DNA of 63,831 bases, filler included, from Choristocarpus tenellus KU-1152 (GCA_964200185.2; 10 parts of 10 records of this genome joined end to end with filler, not necessarily neighbours in it); one strand, 5' to 3'; numbered from the whole stretch's first letter, positions 10,901-22,291 are shown. The notes: generated by a model from the sequence alone, not told the origin. Numbers and translations: made by a program.

Positions 10901-13525
10901 GGCATAGCAACGATCCAAGCTCAATGTCTGCATATTGGGGCAGTGGCGGGAGAGGAAGGGCAAGCATGCCCCCGTAACCCCTGGACTGTCCGAGAGGTGG
11001 AGCTCCTCTAGCCCTGAGAACATGGTTAGCAAAAGTGTAAGTAGTAGAGAATTGAAATGGTTCAAAGATGAACAAGGTTGAAAGATGGTGAAGAGCGGAT
11101 CATTGCAGAACTTGAGACTTGGAAAGTGTGATTGTATTGTCCCTGGGGCAAAAAGGGAAGAGAGAGGAGGTGAATGAGACACTCTCTTGAGCAATCCTCC
11201 TTGCTTCCCCAGAAGGGACTGTCAGGTTGTGTAGATGAGGAAAAACATGTACATAAAAAATACAACAGGGATACTATGCATGAAAGTGGGGAACAGATTA
11301 TGATGTCTGTCCATTGCAATACTCCACATGGGAACAAGTGTGACGGGGGGTAGAGGAGAAATTGATTAGATATTGATTAGGAGTTTTGAGTCCTAGGTGA
11401 GGGAGCTGAACAGCAACATCAAGATCCATCTGAGCCATGAGTGGTAATCACATTTTGATCCCTAGCTATGTAAGAGAGGTGTTCAAGAGTTATGGCTGTG
11501 GCTAGAAAGGCGAAATATGTCCAAGCTATGCACTGAATATCTTGCACCTTCAAAAAACATACTCATTGTTGGACAGATAACTCGATCAATAGATTCATGA
11601 CAACCAAATTGCTGTTGGTGGGTGAGATTCTTTAGTAAGACCACAGTTTTTGTGGAGTTTGAATCATACTACGTACACATCATGATGACAAACTAACATG
11701 TCTTTGAGGATAGCCCCCGGAGGTACTACAGCTAGAATCAGAAGCCAATTCAATTGATTTAGCTGAAGTTGGCATTGTCACCCTCTTTGTGAATCAATTT
11801 CCCCCCACCTGGGCATGCTTCAGCCAAAGATGTCACTGCAACATCATCCAACCTTGGCAATCTCATCATTGATGCCCTACAAAGTGAAAGGAATTGAAGA
11901 GGTCGCACCCTTCCATCCTTCCCACTCCACCCCCGTTGCACATTCTCAAGCTTGTGAAAGGATGCTTCTCCCATGAGGTCCTGCTCAGCGGAGTTTTAGG
12001 AACCTTTTTTTTTTGCATTGTGTTGCAGAATATTTTGTACAATGAGACTAAAAGAATCTTAGGGGGTAGAGCCGCATCTATTTGTGGGCGAAAATTCGAT
12101 GTTGCAATTTTGATGTAATTTTGGCAATCATGTTTATTAAGAGATGTCAATATCCTTGTTCTGGACATGCTTTTTCATAATGTACACATTTTACCTACTT
12201 TAAAACATTTTGGAGTAGGTAAAATGTCATTAAAAACTCGTTGGGAAGCCAAGTCCCAAATGGACAAGCAGGACAAAACTCGTACCCTAACCCTAAGATA
12301 CTTTCACTCATGATTCTACTCGAAATTGATCTATGCTTACACAGAACCAAAGTAAACTATAGGTATCTTGGTCTTAACTGTTTTGAAATTTAGGAAAATA
12401 TCTCAATCTCTTGTGGTTCGCCCTTATTTCTATGGGTGAAGTACTAAGATTGAGTTGAAGGCATTGATTTCTCTATTGTTTGTGACTTTTTGACACAATT
12501 CAAAAGGTATCCTGTGGCGTTTCTAAAAAAAGTCATTTGTTGCTCGTGTTTGTCAGCATCCTTGAAATGCAACTCTGGGTGCATCTTTCTCACTTTTGCT
12601 CACTAAATTCCACCATATAAACCATGGCTCTGAATTATACTCTGGAGTAAGAACCTACAAGAGGATATGAGGGATAAACTAGAAACAATGAGTTAAAGTA
12701 TCTTAGAGGGTAAAGTCGCGTCCATTTGAACCTAAAATTCAATGTTCCGATTTTGATGTAATTTTGATTATCGTGTTTGTTAGGAAGTGTCAATATACTT
12801 GTTCCGGACAAACCCTTTCGTAACGTATACATTTTACCTATTCCGAAATATATCGGAGTAGGAAAATGTCTAAAACACCTGTGGGAAGCCAAGCCCCAAA
12901 CAGACAAAGAGGGGGAAATTCGTACCCTAACCCTAAGATACTCTTCACTAATATTAGGCAGGCCGCTAAGGAGCTAAGTTAAACAAGAAGTGGTGCCTAG
13001 TTCTTGGCCATTTTGCACTTGAACCCACTTTTTTAATCTTTTACAATTCACCCTTATTTCTATAGTTGAAGTACTAAGGTCAAATCGAGACCGTCGATTT
13101 TTCCATAGTTGCAATTCCTTCAACAGAATTAATAAAATCCTGTGCATACTTGTGTGAAAAAGCCAAAATTAGCACAAACTTCTAAGCATCGTCAAAATGC
13201 AGCTCTGGGTACCTCTTGCTTACTTCGACTCGATGCAGGAAGTACGCTGTCCTGTCCACCTTAGGAAAACCAACTCCCAGTATCCAGGGGTCGCAGTTTA
13301 TACAGGGGCTCAAATGTAGACAGTCTGTGATAATGTACCAGTCAGGAAGATGTACATTTGGAATTGCCCATGTGGAGCATTTGGAATGACGTCACTGACC
13401 TGGAATGACGTCCGATCTACTTGCTCTAACCCACTGATATCTAGCGAAGTTATTGCTCGGCACTTCCTAAGGACAGACCCCACAACACTGGCAGCGACCT
13501 TGCGAAGACCTGCTAGGTTAAGACA
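1970..13525 (-). CDS. Multi-exon protein with cysteine-containing (FBXL/AMN1-type) LRRs, IQ calmodulin-binding motifs and a B-box zinc finger; 5' end not found
   Basis: Exons: 13400-13525 (CLNLAGLRKV..ITSLDISGL), 11809-11876, 10481-11013 (LEELHLSDSPGVTGACL..CPNMQTLSLDRC), 10026-10130 (LKELRISGCSGVCDGGL), 9359-9748 (CPRLQKLDL), 8765-8908, 8233-8460 (IQAIWRGYVAR; FQKLWRGHHVR), 7875-7976, 7109-7361, 6443-6773 + 5729-5978 (CGLC..CSEC..YCLRCSEHLH..H), 5291-5431, one starting 4994 (IQRCCRNF), 4317-4501 (IQCLYRGYSVR), 3279-3393. Phases agree from 11876 to 3279 (donor of the 4994 exon uncertain). The 13400-11876 link and the last exons (~2575-2659, ~1970-2186) are tentative. Confidence 0.75.
2232..2500. 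mobile_element. MITE family C copy (~270 bp)
   Basis: TIR GACCCATAGTATCCTAGAGGGG / CCCCTCCAGGATACTAT; left part similar to 55593-55758. Confidence 0.7.
2926..3184 (+). mobile_element. MITE family A copy (~259 bp), intronic
   Basis: TIR core AAAGTATCTTAGAGGGTA; central hairpin; TSD GCTT. Confidence 0.9.
3404..3427. repeat. (TA)n microsatellite
   Basis: Direct reading. Confidence 0.9.
3954..4215 (-). mobile_element. MITE family A copy with CCCTAACCCTAA in one TIR
   Basis: Full-length reverse copy; only TTG matches in the flanks. Confidence 0.9.
12046..12309 (+). mobile_element. MITE family A copy
   Basis: TIRs; TSD ATGA; right TIR reads TACCCTAACCCTAAGATAC. Confidence 0.9.
12344..12601 (+). 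mobile_element. MITE family F copy (~258 bp, diverged)
   Basis: Internal similarity to 12971-13231 (CCCTTATTTCTAT..GAAGTACTAAG; AAATGCA.CTCTGGGT); ends GAACCAAAGTAA / CACTTTTGCTC. Confidence 0.6.
12690..12950 (+). mobile_element. MITE family A copy
   Basis: TIRs; right TIR reads TACCCTAACCCTAAGATAC; TSD degraded. Confidence 0.9.
12971..13231 (+). mobile_element. MITE family F copy (~261 bp)
   Basis: Left end GAGCTAAGTTAAACAAGAAG; reverse complement of right end GAGTCGAAGTAAGCAAGAGGTACCCAG. Confidence 0.6.
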
Positions 13526-14396
13526 CTTGTTTTTTTTTTTAAATAGGGGAAGTTGTTGCAGCAAATTGGGTGTATAGAAAAAGAAGAGACATTAGTTCCC
13601 AGGAATAGCGGTGACTAAATCTGGTGTTGGGTCAAGTATTGAGAGGTTCTGCCCTTCTTTGGTAAGAAGGAGGAATGAGATGGAACATTTCACTTACCCA
13701 GGTCATAGATGAACGGGTCCTAAACTTCCTACTACGTTGACTGACAGAGCTCATGCCCATCTGCAAACCCTCCTCATTAGGGCAATAAAACCCTACAAGA
13801 ATTTGAACATGTCCATCTTTGTGACAGATGTGAAGGTCTGATGGCATGGTGATAGTATGATGTGATCCTCGCAGCTCAACAGTCCCGCTGCAATCGTAGC
13901 ATCTCTACAAAAGTATCACCCCATACATAGACAATTCCCCCACATCCCTACATCTGAGTTACATACACCATCTACAAAGTATTTGCTCTATGGAGGAGGA
14001 GCACAGAAAGATCTTCAGCTCGTTGAGTAGGTGAATGGGGAACAGAACGTGTTTCCTATAATAGTATCTTAGTTCTGAATCTTCTCATTAATTGTCACAT
14101 TACCAAGTCAATACGAGGAAAATGTTGGATCATATATTCTTCAGGGGCATAAGACTAAAACAAAAGATTAAAGTGGCCATGGTGGTGCAAAGGTGTGGTG
14201 CTCGAAGAAGATCGAGTTGTGGGGTATATCCCTTGACTTCGGCTTTATGTTATGAGAAAGGACAAACTATGTGTGAGCCGATTAGTGACTGTTTTTTGTT
14301 TTAACCTGGGCCTGATGTCCTTGCGCATGTTAACAATAAATAGACAATGAACTTAGAGTAGGGGCCCTGTAGAGTGCACAGAGTTGACACCGCTCT

Positions 14397-14443
14397 CATG
14401 CTTGCAAAGTCCATGCTTGCAAAGTCCATGCTTGCAAAGTCCA
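14397..14443. repeat. 15-bp tandem repeat (CATGCTTGCAAAGTC)x3
   Basis: Direct reading, next to contig end. Confidence 0.9.
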
Positions 14444-14454
14444 CAGCGACCAAA

Positions 14455-14554
14455 NNNNNNNNNNNNNNNNNNNNNNNNNNNNNNNNNNNNNNNNNNNNTT
14501 AATTAATTAANNNNNNNNNNNNNNNNNNNNNNNNNNNNNNNNNNNNNNNNNNNN
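14455..14554. other. Artificial contig linker N44-TTAATTAATTAA-N44
   Basis: Same 100-bp cassette at 18401, 28952, 31794, 37862, 43640, 48526, 57702 and 60550; stops in all six frames. Confidence 0.98.
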
Positions 14555-14681
14555 GGGGATGTAAGCAATACCTCCACTCCCCCCAAATTACCTAGGAAAA
14601 CCAATCCCCACCCCCTACCCCCCTTTTGCCCCCTCCCCCCCCCCCCCCCCCCCCCCCCTCTGCTTCGTCCCAGAACTGCAC

Positions 14682-17600
14682 CTCATTATACATTTTCGTC
14701 TCTGCCCGTTTTCTCTTTAGTTCCATCACCGTGTCCTTTTTGTCCTTGTATGCCTTGATTTCACGCCCAACCTCCCGTGCCACGCACACCTCAGCTACCC
14801 ACTATCCAGGAGAAAAGTACACCGGCCGGTAGACATTGAGCAGTCGACATATGGGTACGAGGGCTTTGGAGTAGGAGCTACTAATCAGAAGAAATGGAAA
14901 CATGTGTTTGAAATTACTTTGATGGGACAGAAGGGGTATGAAGGGGCAGGGTTAACAAAGGGTGGGTGTGGGACTTCACAGATGTCACTGCAGATGGCCA
15001 GGGAAGGGGGGCTAGATCTGCAATGGTGTACCACCAATCCACATTGGGGGTGCCCTTTATTCCCAAGCATGCTCGATACACCCACACCATAGACTTCAAA
15101 ACCTTCCCCTTAAGGCATAGCTCCTTCCTCTTCTTGGTCCACTCTACCTTTCTATCCATCAAGACCTTGATACTTGTGCTCACCTTCCTACCTGTGACAG
15201 AGCTCTATAGCCTACACCTTACTGTTCTGCATTTTGCAGTGCCATACCGACCAAACAGTTTCCAGAACATTCCTGCTGCGCCTCTATCATCTTTCACATC
15301 AACCCTCTTGTTCCAAAGTTTGGTCCTTGTCCCATCAATCCTATTTGTCAGTGCTTCCGTCCTCTTCGCTCTGCTCTCCTCCTCAACCTCAATGGTGCAC
15401 CTTATTTTGATACCACTTGTCCCCCGTATTTTCCACATTAAAAACTGGTTTAGCTTCCTTGTAGGGTAGTCGCCCCTTCCAATCCATCTTTTCCAGCTGG
15501 TATAGCTCACTGATAGCAGCAAGCAGGTGGTTACAAAAGAGGTAACGCCCGCTCAGTATTAGCAATGGAGAATGATGTGATATCGTGCAACTATGCCGTT
15601 GGTTAGCTCATTTCTCCATGAGGACTGAGCTAGAGCCACTGCACTGGGAAGACTGGCCGGAGTCAAGAATGGTATTTACCTCATGCTGGAGCTTAGATGG
15701 ATACAAACTGCACTCTGTTGATAATTTGCAAGGCAAAAGACACTCGTTCCTCTTCTGGCATTTGTGAAACTACAACTTCAAGGGTGCGCCCACATCTGCC
15801 ACGCACCAGAAGATTGTTCAGTTTTGCAGACTTGAGCAGTGCTCCTCAATTGTGCTTATGCTCTAACGCTACAGGAATACATGATCCTACCAACGTCATA
15901 ATCACATTTTTAGACCATAGTGCTGCACAACCAATGCTAGGGTCCGAGGCCAGGTAATCGTATACATCATCAAAGGTGGTTTTTGCACCAGTTTTATCTG
16001 TCCACGAGTATCAACAGAACAAAATACCTTAAAAAATGCCCGATATTTTTCCGAGAGGCGTTTTTGGGGAGTCCCTCAATGTACACTGCATAGTCAGTAG
16101 CTGTGATCTTGTTGGCATCCACCTGGAGCCATTGCAGGAAGCGTTTGACAGCATAGGGTAGAGATTCGAGTTCAAACGATGCTCTTATGACCAGCTGGCA
16201 GTTATTGATTAGATCGAATGTTCTATGCTGATTGATAGGAAGGTGGGGTTTCAATGTCATTCCAGGGATACCTAGGGGGAGTGGAAATAGTGCTAGGTAA
16301 AAAAAACTTAGCAAAGATAAGAATTTATACGGCAGTATACAGCAGTAGGATTTTCCTCAAAGGTTAACTGAAAACCTAAGGTCAAATGCACAGGCACGCG
16401 TGAAATCGTGGCCATGGAGCCCTCTCAAGCAGAAAGCAAGCCACATGCTCCATACAATCAATCCTTTATTTATGTAGGCCATGTAATTGATAGGATGTGA
16501 AAGGGCGCTACTAAGTGCACAAAAAAAACAACGATACTTCATCCTGCTCTAATACAGACCAACTTTCCCGAAACAAGCCCACAACGAGGTAACCTACCCC
16601 TTCACTGGTTGCAAGCTAAGGTCTATGGATTAGCAACCTCAATCCCTGTCTATCCACTACATCCTCGCCGCCAATCGCTTCAACAAGTATTCAGAAGGTG
16701 TGACCAGCCACATCTACTTTGAACACTCCACATGTACACATTCTCAGGGACATAGATGTATCTAAATGGAAAGGAAGCGACATGGCATCCTGTATGCAAC
16801 ATCCTTACCTTAGCCGCTGCAACATTGGTGCGCCACCTCCAGTATATTATCATTAGAGCAAAGAAAGCCGAACTGACGAACTCAAAGGCAGTGATGGCGT
16901 ATGAGATGTCCAGGAGGGTGTACTCCTCCCCGTATATGTCCTTGACAGTGACCCAGTCGGCAAGAACGTTTCAGGGGAGCACAGAAAGAAAGGATGGAGT
17001 GCCACTGTTAGATGCAAAACACTTGTGTAGGACGTGAGACATATCAGATGCTGTGTGGTGTAGATGAGTAACAGCATACAAGCAGATGGTTGTGCAATCA
17101 GGGTCATAATCCCAGCACCCCCCCCCCAACCCCCATGAGGATAAGATAAGTTGTGGCATACCTGGAGCACTACTTACAGTATAGGTGGCAAAAGTTATTA
17201 AACATTTCATACGGAAGAGGATGTAAGCAGTCCGGGTACACAGTCTCTAAACCTGAGTTGTGGTTGTGGTGACGTTGCACCCAGAAGTGTATGCTGTCGA
17301 TGATGCACCAGCCTCACAAGGGTAACCGACGTTCCCAATCATGGTGTACAGAAGGGCATTGAGCAAGCTCACCTTCTCCAAGAAGAGAGCAACAGAAAGA
17401 TCCGTGGGAAGGTCGAGCTTTACCCAATGACAGTGTCCTTTGTAACGAACATAGTTGATTTACATCCCTTATCCTGCTCTATCCCTCTTAGACAAGAAGG
17501 GTATACTTAGTGCAGAGGGATCAAATTGAGATACATCCGCGGTTAGAAAGTGCTCAGTTACTACAAGAAATAAATGTTATGGTTTGAGGTAGACCTGCAG

Positions 17601-18084
17601 GCTCAGCAAAATCCCTTGTGTGTTTTCTTGAGTGGAACCTATTTGTTTTGGCAGAGTAGGACCTGACCACTTGGTACAGTGCCATGCTCTAGAGCACTTT
17701 AGAGACCTTTACCAAGCACAATAAATGTTTCCAGTGACTGATCTAGCCAAGGCTTGTTTTTGTGACCTATTGTGAACAACATGCTTTTCCCTTGCTGTTT
17801 AAAAGAAAGGGCCTGTGGGGATAGGTGAGGAGGAGTGAGATCAAATTATCTTCTATTTGCACTTTGTGTCACCGTGTACCATGGTGAAGGGTACACACAC
17901 CATGCCTAGTGCTCCATGCGATGAAGTTCTCTGAAGTGACTCATTCTTGTTGTCTTGACGAATGAGACAAAATATGAAACAAGAAGGGGTACACACTTGC
18001 CTCAACTAGCCCTTCTCCTGCCGTTGCGAAGATGAGTGATGGAAAACTCAGGATCATCAGCACAAAGTAGGTGAACGTAAGAAA
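14682..18084 (-). CDS. Internal fragment of a CSC1/OSCA1(TMEM63)- or TMC-like multipass membrane protein
   Basis: Phase-consistent exons 18001-18084 (FLTFTYFVLMILSFPSLIF), 17253-17372 (LLYTMIGNVG), 16809-16940 (TM helix), 16028-16122 (DANKITATDYAVYIEGLP..IGHF), 15401-15509, 14682-14801 (WVAEVCVAREVG). The T-x-x-DY-x-V-x-I-x-G-L-P motif after a TM helix is typical of this superfamily. Confidence 0.7.
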
Positions 18085-18361
18085 CTGTTCAAGGGATACC
18101 GGAATATAGGCGAGGACTAAGCTGAGTTGGTTGCTCCTTCAGCTTTCCCAAAGTTAGTGACAAATGAGAATTGCAATAGTGCCCAGATAGTGGCAATCCA
18201 CTGCTTTATAGGTTGATAGAGTTGTGACCCAAACTGGTTCAAGCACATTGATTTGAGGATATCCAGCCCAACCAACCAACCCAATCAAAAATAATTTCGT
18301 GTAGTCAGTTGGTTCTAAGAAACTAATGTGATTTGAAAAAATATGATTATGTTGAAGTCTT

Positions 18362-18400
18362 GACCCAAAGTATCTGGTGGTGGGGGTCGGGGTGGGGTGG
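18362..18400. mobile_element. MITE family B TIR at contig end
   Basis: GACCCAAAGTATCTGG + G-run. Confidence 0.7.
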
Positions 18401-18500
18401 NNNNNNNNNNNNNNNNNNNNNNNNNNNNNNNNNNNNNNNNNNNNTTAATTAATTAANNNNNNNNNNNNNNNNNNNNNNNNNNNNNNNNNNNNNNNNNNNN

Positions 18501-18520
18501 CCCCCCAGATACGTTGACCC
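18501..18520. mobile_element. MITE family B TIR at contig start
   Basis: CCCCCCAGATACGTTGACCC. Confidence 0.6.
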
Positions 18521-18855
18521 CATCAGCGTAGGGGATGGATGAAATAGGGCCCTCGCTAAACAACATCACTCAGCATGACATAACTTGAAAAAGAACAAAA
18601 AAATGAAGAGGAAGAGAGATACACAACTTTAGTGTCTATTTTGTGAGAAGTACAACTCCGTTACGATCTTCTACTCGGCACACACACGCCGTCTAATGTA
18701 ATAATAACTCAATTTCATTCAGGATGGCAGTTCTTTGATACTACCTCTGGGTGTTATCAATCAAGTTTGATACTCTCTTCTTGGAAAGGAGTGTGGCTTA
18801 AAGCCATCAGCTGCCTGAATTGAGGTAAATTCCTAGGCCTCACACCCACACTTGT

Positions 18856-19115
18856 GAGTGAAAGTATCTTAGAGGGTACGATTTTTTCCCTGTTTTATCC
18901 GTTTGGGCCTTGGCTTCCCATGCTTTTCTTGTGACATTTTAACTACTCCGAAACGTTTCGGAGTGTGTAAATTGTATATATAATCAAGTGGTGTGTCCGG
19001 AATAAGGATACGGACACTCCTAACAAGACACGGTAGTCAAAATTACGTCAAAATCGCAACATTTGATTCTGGCCCCAAAGTGGACACGGCTCTACCTTCT
19101 AAAATACTTCAACTC
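18856..19115 (-). mobile_element. MITE family A copy
   Basis: TIRs; TSD TTGT. Confidence 0.9.
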
Positions 19116-19119
19116 TTGT

Positions 19120-19731
19120 GAGAGACAGTATCTCAGAGGATACAAGTTTGTTTTTTGCGCCGTTTGTCGGTTTGAATCTAAAAAAAAAAATTATAATATT
19201 TACGTCAAAATATTGGATTGTATAAGCAAAAACATTGTTGGTTTCTTTGAATATTAAAAAAAATTGGATAATAATCATTAAAAAAAAAATGAAGGGACGT
19301 AAAAGTACAACTTGTCTTCAATATTTTTCTTCGTATATCTTTTGTTATAAACGCTAGTTTAGGGCTTGACTTCCCACGGGATTTTTTATGAGATATATGT
19401 TTTTTGGAGTAGGTATTATGAGTGTGTCTGGAGCAAGGATATGTACACTTCGTAACAAACACCATAGCCAAAATTTCATAAAAATCGCAACGTTGGATTT
19501 TGGCGCCCGAACAAACGCGGCTCTATCCTCTAAGAAATTTTGGCTCGAAGTATCTGGGGGGGGCGGGCGGCGGCTGTCCATTTGGGGTCAATTTTTCATG
19601 ACATGGTTTTTGGATGATTTGGTTGCATGCGTCGGATGGATAATGTAAGTGCACTTTTCCTCATTTTGGTCAAAATGGACACCCTGGTGTAGACCCCCCC
19701 ACACACCCAGATACTTTGGATCTTTTGACTC
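19120..19731 (-). mobile_element. MITE family A copy carrying two internal insertions
   Basis: TTGT on both sides; interrupted at 19174-19356 and 19542-19722. Confidence 0.85.
19542..19722. mobile_element. MITE family B complete copy (181 bp)
   Basis: GGCTCGAAGTATCTGGG..CCCAGATACTTTGGATC; TSD TTTT. Confidence 0.9.
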
Positions 19732-20029
19732 TTGTTTAATCTCCTCTCTGTGAGTTACAGTCCCTTGACCCTCCGGTGATACAGCCCAAATATACCTAGA
19801 CTGTCATGTCATGTCTACGCTTCAATCCTAACCTTACATTAGCAGCTACACAAACATTTTCCTAGACTTAAATGACAAGACATGATCACAATCCTACTAA
19901 ATGTTCTCACTCTCCTCTTGTTCCTACGGTACTGACAAGCCTGTCCTGAAACTGGCATTCTGTACCCCTCCTCCCCCCCCCTCCCTACATCTATTTCTCC
20001 ACTACATGAACCTCTACTTCCATTCCCAG

Positions 20030-22291
20030 GCGTATGCAAAACGTTTTTCCCTATGAGCCAAAGAAATTGAGAGATAGGCAGGTCTGAACCCTGTTGCATT
20101 ATTGGTCATGTTTCGTATCCTGTTCAACCGATCTATTTCATTGCTTGACCCAATGTATCTGAGGGGGGGGGGGGGGGGGGGGCCCCCCCGGGGGGGCTTT
20201 TTTTTGGCCAAAAAAAAAAAAATANNNNNNNNTTTGTTTTTGTTTGTTTTTGTTTCCCCCGGGTTGTTTTTGTGTGTGCCCCCATGGGGTTTGGGGGGGG
20301 GGGGGGGGGGGGGGGTCTCCACCAGGGTGTCCATTTTTGGTCCAAAATAAGGAAAATTGCATTTACATTATATCCATCTGCCGTATGCAACCAAATCAAC
20401 CAAAAATTGCGACCTGAAAAAATTGACCTCTAATGGACAGCCGCTACCCTCCCCCCCAGATACTTTGAGCCCTTCCCATGATAGCCCATGCACAAGAGCG
20501 TATACAATCGGGGAAAAGGCATCCCCCCTTTCCACGCAGAGAGCTAAACCACAATTCAGCTAAGGCGCTTTCTAAAACCTACAAAATTGACAACTTTCCC
20601 CCCTTTTCTTGAGATAAATCGAATTGCAACTCTGCCTACCCCTCAGTTGCTTCTTACTGATATCCAGAATGGCTTGTTCACAGATCCCACAACCAGTGCC
20701 CTGTCACCCTCTGACCGATTTCTCAATTGTTGCACAACAAAATTATACTTTGAATCCCTAGCTGCCGGAAAAGGGAACTCGTTCCTCAGAGCTCGGGAAG
20801 GCAATATGCCTCCGGGAGGAAAAGCAAACACTACCTGAGAACTTTGACTCTAGGCAGCTCCGGGCAAGACCTCCACTTAATGGGAAAAGGCAGAAGGATG
20901 AGATCGTTAGCCTCAGGAGTGGGAACAAGATGGTTGCCTCCTCAAAAATACCCAGGGGTGCCAGAAGGAGCACTAAACAGTCCAGGTCGACTTTTCCTGC
21001 CCATCGACATGGGGAAGGGCCTGTTGATGGCAATGTGGAACACTCTGGGAAAAGGAACATCAGTCGTAGCCAAGACGAGCACATAGCAGCACATGTTGAG
21101 CCACATAGGTATGTTGAACAGCACCTGTCACGTGGTCCACTACACTTGCAAGAGAGGGGACATGGTTATAGATCCAAGGCAGAAAAACGCAGCAGGAAGG
21201 TGAGTGGGGAGTACAAAATCAAACTGCCAGAAATTTCCGAGTCAGGCAGGAGCGGAGACAGGCGAGGGGGTAAATGGGGTGACACAGGTGGTGACAGAGG
21301 CAAGGGCATGGTAGGAAAGGAGAAGAGGAAATCGGGACAGCAACAATCTCCTATAAACGATCAGCCTCCTCCATGCAGGAAGAACAATACTGGCGATGGT
21401 AGTGAAGAGGGACAGGACGTTGGTTCAATCTCTGCTCTCAGTGGAGAAAGTGGTCGAATCAATAACCCTGCCGAGGAAGAAGGAAAGGAGCACATGCAGA
21501 TCCTAGACGCAGCCTTTTGCCTTGGGGAGGAAGGTCAAGGTAGGGTGTCTTTGCCAGCTGACAACATGATGGTACCGTTGGAATGGGAAAAGATCTATGA
21601 CAGTACCAACAAAAGTGAAATCTTCGGTAGTGGGGGGGGCGACAGCGACAACTCCAGCTTTTGCAGTGACTTCGAAAATGGCATTAACGAGGAAGAGGTT
21701 GGGGACCTACTCATGATCTCAATTCCCGCTGCACTCCCCAGACAATCTAAGGAGACCCACAAGGACACAACCCAGCCAATAAGCGAAGAGGGCAGTGGTC
21801 AGCGCAGCGAAAGGGATGATGGAGAGAGTGAGGAGGTATACGGTAGTGCCATCTCCCCTTTGAGGGTAGGGGGTCATTGTGATACCTTCGAGATGGAGGC
21901 ACTCTCCTTGTCAAGGCTTGGAGAACGTCAAGGGCACACCTTGGAATCAAACCTGGGCTTTGGTCAAAGTCCAAGACAACCTGGACAAAAGTCTCCCTCC
22001 GGTGATCAAGCGGGGACTCCACCATCTGTAAGCGTTCATGGGGGGTGTTCACGGGACTGTGATGTAGATGCTGAGCCTGTGGATAGTGAAGCAGGCAGCA
22101 GAGGAGATACGTTTCCGCCGCTCATCGCCTCTGCACCTGGCCTGGGTCCCTTTCCAAGGAAGGGGGAAAAGGGCTTCCACGGGGGTAAGAGGAACAACAA
22201 TGATGTAGACGGTGAAGCCAGCGGGTCAGATCTCGATGTTGATAGCCATATTGCTATCACTGTGCATGATCTGCTTCCCACAGCACGCTAA
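20030..22291 (+). CDS. 3' part of a hypothetical gene; long disordered G/S/E/D-rich terminal exon
   Basis: Frame open from acceptor CCCTAG|CTG (20762) to TAA 22291, about 509 codons; phase-compatible small exon 20030-20081; no domain recognised. Confidence 0.65.
20147..20471. mobile_element. MITE family B copy, inflated by a low-quality stretch (~20165-20310)
   Basis: GACCCAATGTATCTGAGGG..CCCAGATACTTTGAGCC. Confidence 0.8.

Noticed and set aside
13223-13260. Putative small exon VDRTAYFLHRVE with a GTAAGC donor
   Set aside because: The donor lies in the TIR of MITE family F and does not fix the phase mismatch.
20165-20312. Homopolymer-rich stretch giving proline/glycine-rich ORFs
   Set aside because: It is a garbled echo of the MITE interior and left flank on either side of an 8-N gap, typical of read degradation after poly-G.
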